DNA of 53,009 nt from Pseudomonadota bacterium (GTDB lineage Bacteria; Desulfobacterota; Desulfobacteria; Desulfobacterales; RPRI01): positions 1 through 53,009 of the forward strand of contig JAHJJB010000172.1 in assembly GCA_018823005.1 (NCBI GenBank). The letters are read 5' to 3'. The position numbers and the translations under genes are program-made. The notes under the pieces are model-generated. The model saw nothing but the letters and a program-made list of their open reading frames with translations, was not told where the DNA came from and searched no databases. Shown here one piece after another: positions 1 through 8,252 of this stretch (positions within the stretch are counted from its first letter, which is position 1; every line of letters begins with the position of its first letter).

Positions 1-746
1 CTTTTTTCATGATGCTGTTTTAATTCATCTATTCTTGCCCTGTGTTCCTTGAATAGCCTTCTGTGGCCCGGAAGCACGAGACCGACATCAAGTTTATGCA
101 CCTTGTCAAGACTTGCAAGATACTTTTCAAGCGGGTTCTCCTTATCGGACCAGCACTGAATATTCGGAGTTATATCGGACAAGATATGATCTCCTGCTAT
201 CAGAATTTTTTTGCCGGCCTCATAAAGGCATATATGCCCCAGTGTATGCCCCGGAGTTTCGACACATTCAAAACAGTAATTTCCAAAAGTAATTGTTTCT
301 CCGTCTTCCAGAACGCTCATATCCGGCGTCCAGTCCGAACCATATTTATAGCCCGGATGCTGGTGAAGGGCAGTTCTTAATTCATTTTCCGGAAAACCGT
401 TTTTCCCGGCATACTCAATCATCGGCTCGAATCCTTCCCATGATTCTATGATCTCCTTATCCGGCCTGCTGAAGTATATTTTGCTTGTTTCAGCAGCAAG
501 CTTGGAAATAAGCCCGAAATGGTCTGCATGAAGATGCGTTATGAAAAAATCGCAATCCGCAAGGTCCACATTTATTTCCTTCAGGCCCTTATTCATCGCG
601 TCCAGGCACTCTTTACGGTTAAAACCCGTGTCAATGATAAGGTTTCTGTCATCTGCTTTTACCACATAAGAGTTAAGGTATTTTAACGGGCTTTCAGGAA
701 GCGGGATTTTTATCCGGTAAAGGCCGGGTAATATTTCTTCAGTCAT
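1..746 (-). CDS. MBL-fold metallo-hydrolase (partial, runs off left edge)
   Basis: Not in the ORF track. Translated by hand from ATG at 746: MTEEILPGLYRIKIPLPESPLKYLNSY...IIDTGF...FITHLHADH...TPGHTLGH...AGDHIL, containing the HxHxDH metallo-beta-lactamase motif. Confidence 0.88.
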   Translation of the reverse strand, partial: MTEEILPGLYRIKIPLPESPLKYLNSYVVKADDRNLIIDTGFNRKECLDAMNKGLKEINVDLADCDFFITHLHADHFGLISKLAAETSKIYFSRPDKEIIESWEGFEPMIEYAGKNGFPENELRTALHQHPGYKYGSDWTPDMSVLEDGETITFGNYCFECVETPGHTLGHICLYEAGKKILIAGDHILSDITPNIQCWSDKENPLEKYLASLDKVHKLDVGLVLPGHRRLFKEHRARIDELKQHHEK

Positions 747-772
747 TTTTTAATTCCCTTATATTATTATCT

Positions 773-907
773 TGATGGACTCGTAAGAATTTTATTTTCT
801 CACAAAGGCACTAAGAGCGCCAAGAAAACATCAATTTTAATATTAACAAGTTTGCTTTGTGGTCTTTGTGGCTTGGTGTGAGATACCGGCTTTTTACGGG
901 TTCATCA
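773..907. repeat. ~135-bp palindromic MITE/REP-like element, copy A
   Basis: Terminal IR TGATGGACTCGTAA / TTACGGGTTCATCA (12/14) plus an internal imperfect IR. A similar copy lies at 22442-22574. Confidence 0.75.
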
Positions 908-1763
908 TTATTATGCCTGCCGAATTAAAGAGTCCGGTGTTTTCGGGCCATCTCTCTTTTTCCACCCATTTGCCGGCAAGCGTTGAAAATGAAGATGCGA
1001 ATAGAGCCTCTTTTTCAGGTAATGTGCCGCCTACTACTATAGCCTTATTATCACGGTATACGGCAAACGGATCAACAATTATCATCCCGATATCATCATA
1101 ATTTATAATTTTTTTTCTTTTGAATCTGCGGCGGAATTTGCCGGCAATATCGCATGCTGAGCCATTAAAAAGCCATTCGGGCAATTTGCCATGTTCCTGT
1201 TTTCCAATTTTGTTTAAAACCTCGGCAAAACCGTCTGTTGCAATGATAACTCTGAATTTCCTATCCTTCAGGGTTAAAGTTGAAATGGCGGGAACGTTTT
1301 TACTCCTTCCTGCAAAGTTCATGTCCGGAACAGTTTTAAATATTATTGAACCGTCCGAAGAATCCGCAACGATAACCATGCTGTCGCCACCATTTGAAAT
1401 GGAGGCAATGACTTCTTTTCTGTTTTTAAAAAATGCGACAAAACTGAAAGTGCATTTATGTGTATATTTCTGCCCGCCATATACAGCTTCAATACTTTTT
1501 TTTAAAACGGAAATATCCGGCGGTATATCTTGTTCAGAAAGAACCTCTGCAAACCGTTCAAGCAGAATCCTCGAAGCCTGGGTATAGCGCTCACTTCCAT
1601 CAGAGACGGCAAAAAGCAGGCGGGAAAAATCAAGAAGAAGGCAATCCCCGTTTCCGAATCCATTCTCAACCTTATCGCTTCCGGTAACAAGAAGGGCGCT
1701 TAAAGCACCTTTCTGCCTCACCATCCGCTTCGCAGAATTAATCAATAACGGTTTTGCATTCAC
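894..1763 (-). CDS. PP2C/SpoIIE-fold phosphatase-like protein
   Basis: Motifs GNGD..., LFAVSDG, GGDS, IATDG and YDD match PPM-family metal-binding motifs. Start is uncertain (GTG 1763 or ATG 1724). Confidence 0.65.
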   Translation of the reverse strand: MNAKPLLINSAKRMVRQKGALSALLVTGSDKVENGFGNGDCLLLDFSRLLFAVSDGSERYTQASRILLERFAEVLSEQDIPPDISVLKKSIEAVYGGQKYTHKCTFSFVAFFKNRKEVIASISNGGDSMVIVADSSDGSIIFKTVPDMNFAGRSKNVPAISTLTLKDRKFRVIIATDGFAEVLNKIGKQEHGKLPEWLFNGSACDIAGKFRRRFKRKKIINYDDIGMIIVDPFAVYRDNKAIVVGGTLPEKEALFASSFSTLAGKWVEKERWPENTGLFNSAGIIMMNP

Positions 1764-1786
1764 TATTCACTATTTACCATTCACTC
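1759..1786. repeat. Heptamer tandem array (TTCACTA-like)
   Basis: ttcacta ttcacta tttacca ttcactc; the reverse-complement unit recurs at about 42809-42831. Confidence 0.6.
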
Positions 1787-2245
1787 AATAATTTTAAAGC
1801 AGAGAATATCCTTTACATTCCCTTTTCTTTCTTCTGAAAAAACCGGCTCAACTCTTGCCCCAATTTTTATTTTTGATTCATCTTCAATACTGATATAGTG
1901 CTGAAAAAGAGTGTCCGCACCGTCAAAGCGTATAAATCCGTAACCGTAGGGTACAGGCTTCTGCTCTCCTGTTTCAGGGTCAATAAACGCATAACGCAGA
2001 ATTGTAAATGTCCCGATTATTCCTTTCGGCCCGACTTCAACAAATTCCGTCATTTCGACAAAGCACTCCCCGCAGACACGCCGCGGAGGAACATACACTT
2101 TGCCGCATTTCGGGCACTTTGTTCCAAGAAGTTTTCTGTTCTCGCGGAGTTCCTTAAAAAACTTGCTTCCGTACATTCCAACTGCGTAATTAAAGGGCTG
2201 GCCTGATCCTTTTGATTCTATAACAAGATTCTCTTTTGCTGTCAT
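1781..2245 (-). CDS. DUF35 Zn-ribbon/OB-fold protein (thiolase/aldolase partner)
   Basis: CPKC...PPRRVCGEC Zn ribbon followed by an OB fold. ATG at 2245 preceded by GGAGAAG RBS. Confidence 0.9.
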   Translation of the reverse strand: MTAKENLVIESKGSGQPFNYAVGMYGSKFFKELRENRKLLGTKCPKCGKVYVPPRRVCGECFVEMTEFVEVGPKGIIGTFTILRYAFIDPETGEQKPVPYGYGFIRFDGADTLFQHYISIEDESKIKIGARVEPVFSEERKGNVKDILCFKIIE

Positions 2246-2253
2246 AACTTCTC

Positions 2254-3417
2254 CTAAAAATCGGGTTTTCTTTTTCCGTGCAAAAGCATATCCGACCACA
2301 TGCACCCCCCAAACCCGGTGCTTATGGCAAAATTGACATCAGGAACCTGCCTTGCTTCGGCTTTTCCCATGACCTGGAGTGCGGCCTCGGCGCATCTGAT
2401 AAGACCGGTAGCGCCAATGGGATTGCACGCAATAACGCCTCCCGAGGGATTTATAGGAAGTTCACCGCCCATATCCGTTGCACCGCTCCATATATATTCC
2501 GCCCCTTTACCCCTTTCCGCTATCCCGAGATCTTCTATCCAGATTATGCCCGCAAATGAATATGGCTGGTAAAGCTCTATAACATCTATTTCCTTTTTCG
2601 GCTCCCGTATCCCTGCCTTTGCGTATATCTCCCTTGACGCTCCGGCGAGACTGTCAAGCTCTCCCCAGTTAACATCCCCAAGATATGTGTACTTATGCCT
2701 GTTTGCAGTAGCCCATATCCAGTCTGGAACAGCAGTTATCTTTCCGGCACAATCTTCGTTTGCCATTATTACTGCACATGCCCCGTCTGTTCTCGGACAC
2801 ACATCAAGAAGATGGATGGGATCGGCAAGCATGGGAGAAGCAAGGACATCCTCTATGGTAATCTCCCTCCGGAGCTGGGCATGGGGATTGTTGCATGCGT
2901 GTTTTCTGTCTCTCACAGAGACTCTTGCCGCATCTTTCTCGGTTGCCCCGTATTTTGCCATATAAGCCTGCGCCTCTGCAGCAAGGCCGGATATCGCCCC
3001 TGCAAAAACAAGCCTGTCCCATACGGGATCAAAAGCGGTTGTTATGGCCCCGGTTGTGTCCGATTCGGAATTCTTTTCCCAGCCGATAATCAGCACTTTT
3101 TCAAAAAAGCCTGACGCTACAAGTTGATAACCGCCAATTGCGAGGGTACTCCCGGTTGTACCTCCTGTTGTCAGCTTAATTACAGGCTTCATTATTCCGC
3201 CCGAACCATCAACGCTCCAGCAATCAACATAGTTGATCCCCTCGAAATGATCCATATTGCCGATCACAACGGCATCAATATCCTTTATTGTAAGATCAGC
3301 GTCCTGAAGGGCTCTCTTTACGGCCTCGTTGATAAGCTCCTGACCGTTTACATCGGGACGGTGACTCTTATGATATGTCTGGCCTGTTCCGACTATTGCA
3401 ACCCGTTTTTTAGGCAT
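2254..3417 (-). CDS. Thiolase-fold protein, Ltp3-like (non-canonical, putative aldolase subunit)
   Basis: VAIVGTGQT, WEKNSES, NPSGGVIACNPIGATG. No Cys in the nucleophile loop (TTGGTTG); GHP replaced by CNP. Start MPKK at 3417 with GGAG RBS. Confidence 0.85.
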   Translation of the reverse strand: MPKKRVAIVGTGQTYHKSHRPDVNGQELINEAVKRALQDADLTIKDIDAVVIGNMDHFEGINYVDCWSVDGSGGIMKPVIKLTTGGTTGSTLAIGGYQLVASGFFEKVLIIGWEKNSESDTTGAITTAFDPVWDRLVFAGAISGLAAEAQAYMAKYGATEKDAARVSVRDRKHACNNPHAQLRREITIEDVLASPMLADPIHLLDVCPRTDGACAVIMANEDCAGKITAVPDWIWATANRHKYTYLGDVNWGELDSLAGASREIYAKAGIREPKKEIDVIELYQPYSFAGIIWIEDLGIAERGKGAEYIWSGATDMGGELPINPSGGVIACNPIGATGLIRCAEAALQVMGKAEARQVPDVNFAISTGFGGCMWSDMLLHGKRKPDF

Positions 3418-3428
3418 GTATTTCTCTC

Positions 3429-4574
3429 CTACTTTTCTTGGTCTAAAATCCAGACGCAGTGGGACTGCCCGCACAAGCCGTTTACGCCGTGCGCTACTCC
3501 TTTTTTTGCGCCTGCGATCTGGTATGCTCCGGCCTCGCCTCTTAACTGCTTTACTATCTCAGCTATACGGATTAATCCTCCGGCTATTACCGGGTGACCG
3601 CTCAATAAACCGCCCGAAGGATTAACCGGAAGCTTCCCTTTTATCCCGTAATACCCTTTTTCAAGATTTATTCCAGCTTTCCCGTCTTGGCAAAGCCCCA
3701 TAGCCTCAAGCCACATAAGTTCCTGATATGTGAAAGCATCATAAACCTCGGCCACATCTATCTCCGACAAAGGATCGGAAATCTGCGCCATTGAAAAAGC
3801 CTTTTTGGCAGCCTGTGTTAGCGATTTAGCTTTTGAAAGCTCCCGGTCACCTAAGAAATACGAGTCTGAGCAGAAAGAGACCCCTTTTATCCAGACCGGA
3901 AGGCTTCCGTATTGAGATGCTCTTTTTTCATTCGCAATTATTACGGCACAGCAACCGTCCGAAACAGGAGAGCAATCAAGCTTATGAAGAGGATCCGATA
4001 TCATTTCCGATCCCAGAACATCTTCAACCGTAATATTCATCGGAAGCTGAGAAAGAGGATTGAGCATGGCATTACCGTGATTTTTTACAGAGACCATCGC
4101 CATCTGCTCAGGGGTTGTGCCGGTTCGGTGCATGTATGCCCTTGCCTGCATGGCACAGGCTGATATCATGTCCATTCCGAGAGATCTGTCATAAATCGGG
4201 TCAAATGCCGCATTCGTGATGAGGCTTGAAACGCTTTCGGAACCCTTGCTGTGTGCTGTTACAAGAGTCGTTCCATATGATCCCGACAACACTCTTGAGA
4301 GCCCGTAAAATGCCCCGAAGGTTCCGTCTCCCTCTACGCACGAAACATTTTTGTGTCTTGCCCCGCTTGCATCTCCCACCGCCATGCAGGATATTGTCCG
4401 ACCATCCCAGAAGTCGTTCGATGTTGTTACCACATTATCAATATCGTCTATGGTCATCTTCGCATCTTCCAAAGCCTTATTGACAGCTTCCCAAACCATG
4501 TCGGCAAATGTCTCTTTAACCTTATTCGCCTCTATCTTTGTAATTCCAACGCCTATAACAGCCGCTCTGTCCAT
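3429..4574 (-). CDS. Thiolase-fold protein, Ltp4-like (SCP-x type)
   Basis: SNDFWDGRTIS, VEGDG in place of the CASG loop, SPVSDG, EVYDAF, NPSGGLLSGHP. Confidence 0.85.
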   Translation of the reverse strand: MDRAAVIGVGITKIEANKVKETFADMVWEAVNKALEDAKMTIDDIDNVVTTSNDFWDGRTISCMAVGDASGARHKNVSCVEGDGTFGAFYGLSRVLSGSYGTTLVTAHSKGSESVSSLITNAAFDPIYDRSLGMDMISACAMQARAYMHRTGTTPEQMAMVSVKNHGNAMLNPLSQLPMNITVEDVLGSEMISDPLHKLDCSPVSDGCCAVIIANEKRASQYGSLPVWIKGVSFCSDSYFLGDRELSKAKSLTQAAKKAFSMAQISDPLSEIDVAEVYDAFTYQELMWLEAMGLCQDGKAGINLEKGYYGIKGKLPVNPSGGLLSGHPVIAGGLIRIAEIVKQLRGEAGAYQIAGAKKGVAHGVNGLCGQSHCVWILDQEK

Positions 4575-4585
4575 ATCTTATCCCC

Positions 4586-5062
4586 TTACCTTACCGGCCT
4601 GAAACAGTCTATGTCATGCATGCTTCCGCTTCTTTCATCACTAAACTTTGCCGCAACCCGCATGCCTATTTTTATATCCGTATGATCTGCATCTTCAATA
4701 TAATGAAGAATCGATGTGTCTGCTCCGTCAAGCCTTATCAACCCGAAAATAACCGGCGCTTTGCGGGGGAGTGATGCAAGCTGTCTTTCAACGATCGTAA
4801 AAGACTCCAGAACACCCTCTGAAGATACTTCAACCCATGCCATATTCTCCTGAAAGCAAAGAGGGCATACTTTTCTTGGCGGAACAAAGACTTTTTCGCA
4901 TATTGAGCAGCCCGTACCCATAATTTTTTTGTCGTCCCTCAGCGCCAGAAAAAATCTTTCTGCCGTTTCTCCGGCCCACCAGGAGTAAGGAACATTAATT
5001 CCGCTCTTGAACACCATCGGTTCAACATCTGCAAAAATATCAATCATATCGTTATTCTCCAT
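4586..5062 (-). CDS. DUF35 Zn-ribbon/OB-fold protein
   Basis: CSIC...PPRKVCPLC plus OB fold (LIRLDGADT...IGMRVAA). Confidence 0.9.
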   Translation of the reverse strand: MENNDMIDIFADVEPMVFKSGINVPYSWWAGETAERFFLALRDDKKIMGTGCSICEKVFVPPRKVCPLCFQENMAWVEVSSEGVLESFTIVERQLASLPRKAPVIFGLIRLDGADTSILHYIEDADHTDIKIGMRVAAKFSDERSGSMHDIDCFRPVR

Positions 5063-5141
5063 TTTACAAAGATATCGAATTGAATTGGAAATAAGTTCAT
5101 CAAATGAGTCTTATTCGAAATTATAATCAGATTCAATTCCC

Positions 5142-5177
5142 TTGACTTCATTTAGAAGTTTGGATATTAAAAGTCAA
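5142..5177. promoter_or_regulatory. Overlapping divergent sigma70-type promoters
   Basis: Plus strand TTGACT(5142)-17-TATTAA. Minus strand TTGACT(5177)-17-TAAATG (weaker). Lies between the divergent DUF35 and crotonase genes. Confidence 0.45.
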
Positions 5178-5230
5178 TATCATAATTATAACGGCTTTAA
5201 AAAATCAATAAGATAAAGGAAAAGACTACT

Positions 5231-6034
5231 ATGGCTCTTATTTATGAAAAGAAGGGTCAAAAAGCCTATATTACATTAAACAGGCCTGAAGCCCGGAATG
5301 CCGTTGACCCTGAAACAGCAGTTGAGCTTGCAAACGCATGGAAGGATTACAGGGATGACGGCGCTCTGCGGTGCGCGATTATCACGGGAGCAGGGGACCA
5401 GTCCTTTTGCGCCGGGGCGGATCTTGCCCGCCTGATTCCTCTTTTAACCGGCGCCAGGAAAGCCGAAACCGAGGCCGACAAAATCATTCTGGGCGATTCC
5501 CAGCTTCTCCAGGATGCATTCTTGCGGGGTTTTGAACTCAACAAACCTGTAATAGCTGCTGTAAACGGTTTTGCCATAGCCGGCGGCTTCGAACTTCTTT
5601 ATGGTGCAGATATACGGGTTGCCTCATTAGACGCCAAATTCGGTCTTCAGGAGGTCAAATGGTCTGTCTTTCCGGCTGGGGGCTCAACAGTCTGGCTGCC
5701 AAGACAGCTTCCGTATGCAAAAGCAATGGAGATTCTGCTGACAGGGGAGCTCATGGACGCCCGGGAGGCTTTCCGTCTCGGGTTTGTAAATAAAATTGTC
5801 CCTGCAAACATGGTTATGGAAGAAGCCGAACGTTATGCAAACATCATTATCAAAAACGGGCCGCTTGCAGTGACAGGCATAAAGAAGGCAGTCCAAGACA
5901 TAATAGGCATGTCCATAAAAGAAGGTATGGCAAAGGAGCTCGAATACGCAATTCCGGTTTTTCTGAGCGAAGATGCAAAGGAAGGACCAAGGGCTTTCAA
6001 ACAGAAAAGGGAGCCTGTTTTCAAGGGCAAATAA
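5231..6034 (+). CDS. Enoyl-CoA hydratase/crotonase family protein (EchA19-like)
   Basis: LNRPEARNA, FCAGADL, KPVIAAVNGFAIAGGFE, FGLQEVKW (both catalytic Glu present), DAKEGPRAF. Confidence 0.93.
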   Translation: MALIYEKKGQKAYITLNRPEARNAVDPETAVELANAWKDYRDDGALRCAIITGAGDQSFCAGADLARLIPLLTGARKAETEADKIILGDSQLLQDAFLRGFELNKPVIAAVNGFAIAGGFELLYGADIRVASLDAKFGLQEVKWSVFPAGGSTVWLPRQLPYAKAMEILLTGELMDAREAFRLGFVNKIVPANMVMEEAERYANIIIKNGPLAVTGIKKAVQDIIGMSIKEGMAKELEYAIPVFLSEDAKEGPRAFKQKREPVFKGK

Positions 6035-6035
6035 A

Positions 6036-6213
6036 AGACCTTTGCACAACACCCCCTTTTGCCCGATTTATTTAAAGACTTGGTTTCTGGTCTCTGGTTT
6101 GTAGTTTCTGGTTATTTCTTTTAACCAGGAACCAGTAACCATAAACCAGGAACCTAAACCTTAATTATTGCCTTCCTTGTACTTGGATAAAATTGGGCGT
6201 TCTTCAAAGGTCT
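6036..6213. repeat. Palindromic element enclosing an inverted heptamer array
   Basis: Outer IRs AGACCTTTG/CAAAGGTCT and GCCCGATTT/AAATTGGGC. Inside, (TGGTTTC)-like x5 followed by (AACCAGG)-like x5. Confidence 0.7.
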
Positions 6214-6229
6214 CTATAAGAGGTGCGAT

Positions 6230-6835
6230 TTGATAATAGCCGGACTTACAGGCGGAATAGCAACAGGCAAGAGCACCGTATCCTCGATTTTAAGGGAAGC
6301 AGGCGCTATAGTAATCGATGCGGACGCCATTGCCCGTGATGCGGTTGGGAAAAATCTTCCCGCATGGCATGAAATTGTCAGTATATTCGGAAACGAGGTA
6401 CTTCTGCCTGATGGTGAAATCGACAGGTCACGCCTTGGCGGCATAATATTCAGAGATTCCTCAAAAAAAGAGATTTTAAACAAAATAGTCCATCCACGTG
6501 TAATTCAAAAGGTTGCGGAAATGATTGAAGAGATCGGGGAAGCATACCCCGGTTCAATTGTAATTCTTGATGTGCCGCTTCTTATCGAGGCGGAAATGCA
6601 CAAAGGGTTGGAAGATGTGATTCTTGTTTACACGCCAGAACAGATCCAGATAAGAAGGCTGGTTGAAAGAGACGGAATTTCAGATGAGGAAGCCCTCTTA
6701 AGAGTACGCTCCCAGATGCCGATTGAAGAAAAGAGGGAATTCGCCACAATTATAATTGATAACAGCGGAACCCTTCAGGCAACAAGAGAAAGGGCTTTTG
6801 AAGTCTTTAATTACCTGAAAATAAAGGCGGATTAA
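6230..6835 (+). CDS. coaE: Dephospho-CoA kinase
   Basis: GLTGGIATGKS P-loop, IDAD, HP, DVPLL, SQMP. Confidence 0.95.
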   Translation: MIIAGLTGGIATGKSTVSSILREAGAIVIDADAIARDAVGKNLPAWHEIVSIFGNEVLLPDGEIDRSRLGGIIFRDSSKKEILNKIVHPRVIQKVAEMIEEIGEAYPGSIVILDVPLLIEAEMHKGLEDVILVYTPEQIQIRRLVERDGISDEEALLRVRSQMPIEEKREFATIIIDNSGTLQATRERAFEVFNYLKIKAD

Positions 6836-6953
6836 AAAGCCTATCCCTTTAAAATTTATTGACAAACCAAACGCAACGTGGTTCCTTAAGCAAGAAATCC
6901 CATGCCATGTTATGCAGATCAATCTAATTGTTGTCCGGCTATGACGGTGGAGA

Positions 6954-7130
6954 ACGATTAACGATCCGCTCCACTCAGAGGATGAAGAACGCCTTGTTTT
7001 GATAGGGCAATCCATAGAAGGGCAACTTCTGGTTATCGTCCACACAGAAAGAAGTGATCGAATCCGAATCATCAGCGCCAGGTTGGCGACAAACAAGGAA
7101 AGGTTCAGGTATGAAGAGAATGAAGAATGA
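6954..7130 (+). pseudogene. brnT: 5'-truncated BrnT (DUF497) toxin
   Basis: Hand translation TINDPLHSEDEERLVLIG...LLVIVHTERSDRIRIISARLATNKER is the BrnT C-terminal half. The FEWD..K..N..KHG N-terminus is absent and an in-frame TGA lies just upstream. Confidence 0.8.
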
Positions 7131-7338
7131 TCCTGACATGTTGGAGGAGTACGACTTTTCCGGCGGAATCCGGGGTAAATATGCAAAGCAGTATGCAGAG
7201 GGTTCCAACGTAGTAGTCATTGATCCTGATGTAGCTGTGTATTTCCCCGATCACGACTCGGTTAACGAAGCCCTTCGCAGTCTCACGGCAATTATCAAGA
7301 GGCAAAAGATGGCAGAACAACGGCATGGAGATAGTTGA
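7111..7338 (+). CDS. BrnA-like antitoxin (BrnT partner)
   Basis: EYDFSGGIRGKYA...IDPDVAVYFPD..SVNEALRSL; overlaps the end of brnT. Confidence 0.7.
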   Translation: MKRMKNDPDMLEEYDFSGGIRGKYAKQYAEGSNVVVIDPDVAVYFPDHDSVNEALRSLTAIIKRQKMAEQRHGDS

Positions 7339-7510
7339 TAATAGACCGCGCTCCTCACGCCCCTGAAAACACATATTACCACTCGCTTTTCCTACTCACT
7401 TGAATCCCCGAACCCATGACCCCTTGAACCCTATCCTTTTAATATTCATGTTATCAAAAATATGTTGAAATCTAATGAAAATAGAATAAAATATATTTCA
7501 GAGGTGAAAT

Positions 7511-7720
7511 ATGAATAAATTATTTACTGCGATCGTACACAGAGAAGATAACATATATGTTGCAGAATGCCCGGAAACCGGTACCGCAAGTCAGGGAATA
7601 ACCGTAGAAGACGCTGTAAAAAATTTACAGGAAGCTACTGAATTATACCTTGAAGAATTTCCATTAACAGAAACACAACATCCTTTCTTAACAACCTTTG
7701 AGGTTGCAGTTAATGCCTGA
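7511..7720 (+). CDS. hicB: HicB family antitoxin (short, no DNA-binding domain)
   Basis: YVAECPE...SQGITVEDAVKNLQEATELYLE. Confidence 0.88.
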   Translation: MNKLFTAIVHREDNIYVAECPETGTASQGITVEDAVKNLQEATELYLEEFPLTETQHPFLTTFEVAVNA

Positions 7721-7937
7721 ACTCCCCCACGTCTCCGGGAATAACGCTATTAAAATATTTGAAAGTTTAGGATTTAAAATTGTACGACAAAGAGGAAGCC
7801 ACGTGGTTTTACGAAAGGACAACAAAGGTTGTGTTATTCCAATCCATAAAGAACTTGCCATAGGTACTCTAAGAAGTGCAATTAAACAGGCTGGCATTAC
7901 AACTGAAGAATTTATAAAAGCGTATAAAGACATCTGA
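7713..7937 (+). CDS. hicA: HicA family mRNA interferase toxin
   Basis: LGFKIVRQRGSHVVL...IPIHKELAIGTLRSAIKQAG. ATG at 7713 overlaps the end of hicB. Confidence 0.9.
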   Translation: MPELPHVSGNNAIKIFESLGFKIVRQRGSHVVLRKDNKGCVIPIHKELAIGTLRSAIKQAGITTEEFIKAYKDI

Positions 7938-8113
7938 CATTAATATTGCCCTCTGAAACCAAGTCAGTTCATTAATTTAAGATTCTTGCCGTAAGCTACT
8001 GTATATGCGCACGTTTTTTCTGCTCACTTGAACCCCTGAACCCTATCCCTCTGACTTTTCTAATACTTCATTATTGCCGGAAGCGTGAAAATATTATTTT
8101 CATGATAAGTATC

Positions 8114-8252
8114 AATACCGACGGCAAAGTAAAAAGTTCAAGTTCAAGGCGTCGCAAATTTCGTGTGATGAGGCGTACATGAGGGTACGCCGCAATCATA
8201 ACGGGATGAAGCGCAACGAAGAAATCGGACTTTTAACGTTGCCGTCGGTATT
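8114..8252. repeat. ~140-bp MITE/REP-like palindromic element
   Basis: Terminal IR AATACCGACGGCAAAGTAAAAAGT / ACTTTTAACGTTGCCGTCGGTATT; internal hairpin GGCGTAC..GTACGCC. Confidence 0.8.

Noticed and set aside
63-380. Plus-strand 105-aa ORF, and the many similar short ORFs antisense to or nested in called genes
   Set aside because: Shadows of well-supported genes on the other strand or frame (here the MBL hydrolase); no motifs or RBS.
6081-6160. Short repeats as a possible CRISPR array
   Set aside because: 7-nt tandem units with no unique spacers and no cas genes.
6942-6944. TGA upstream of the brnT fragment as a recoding site
   Set aside because: Sequence upstream in all three frames shows no BrnT N-terminal motif, so truncation is the simpler explanation.
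6698-7220. Minus-strand ORFs 6698-7186 and 6975-7220
   Set aside because: Antisense to coaE and to the recognisable brnT remnant/antitoxin on the plus strand.
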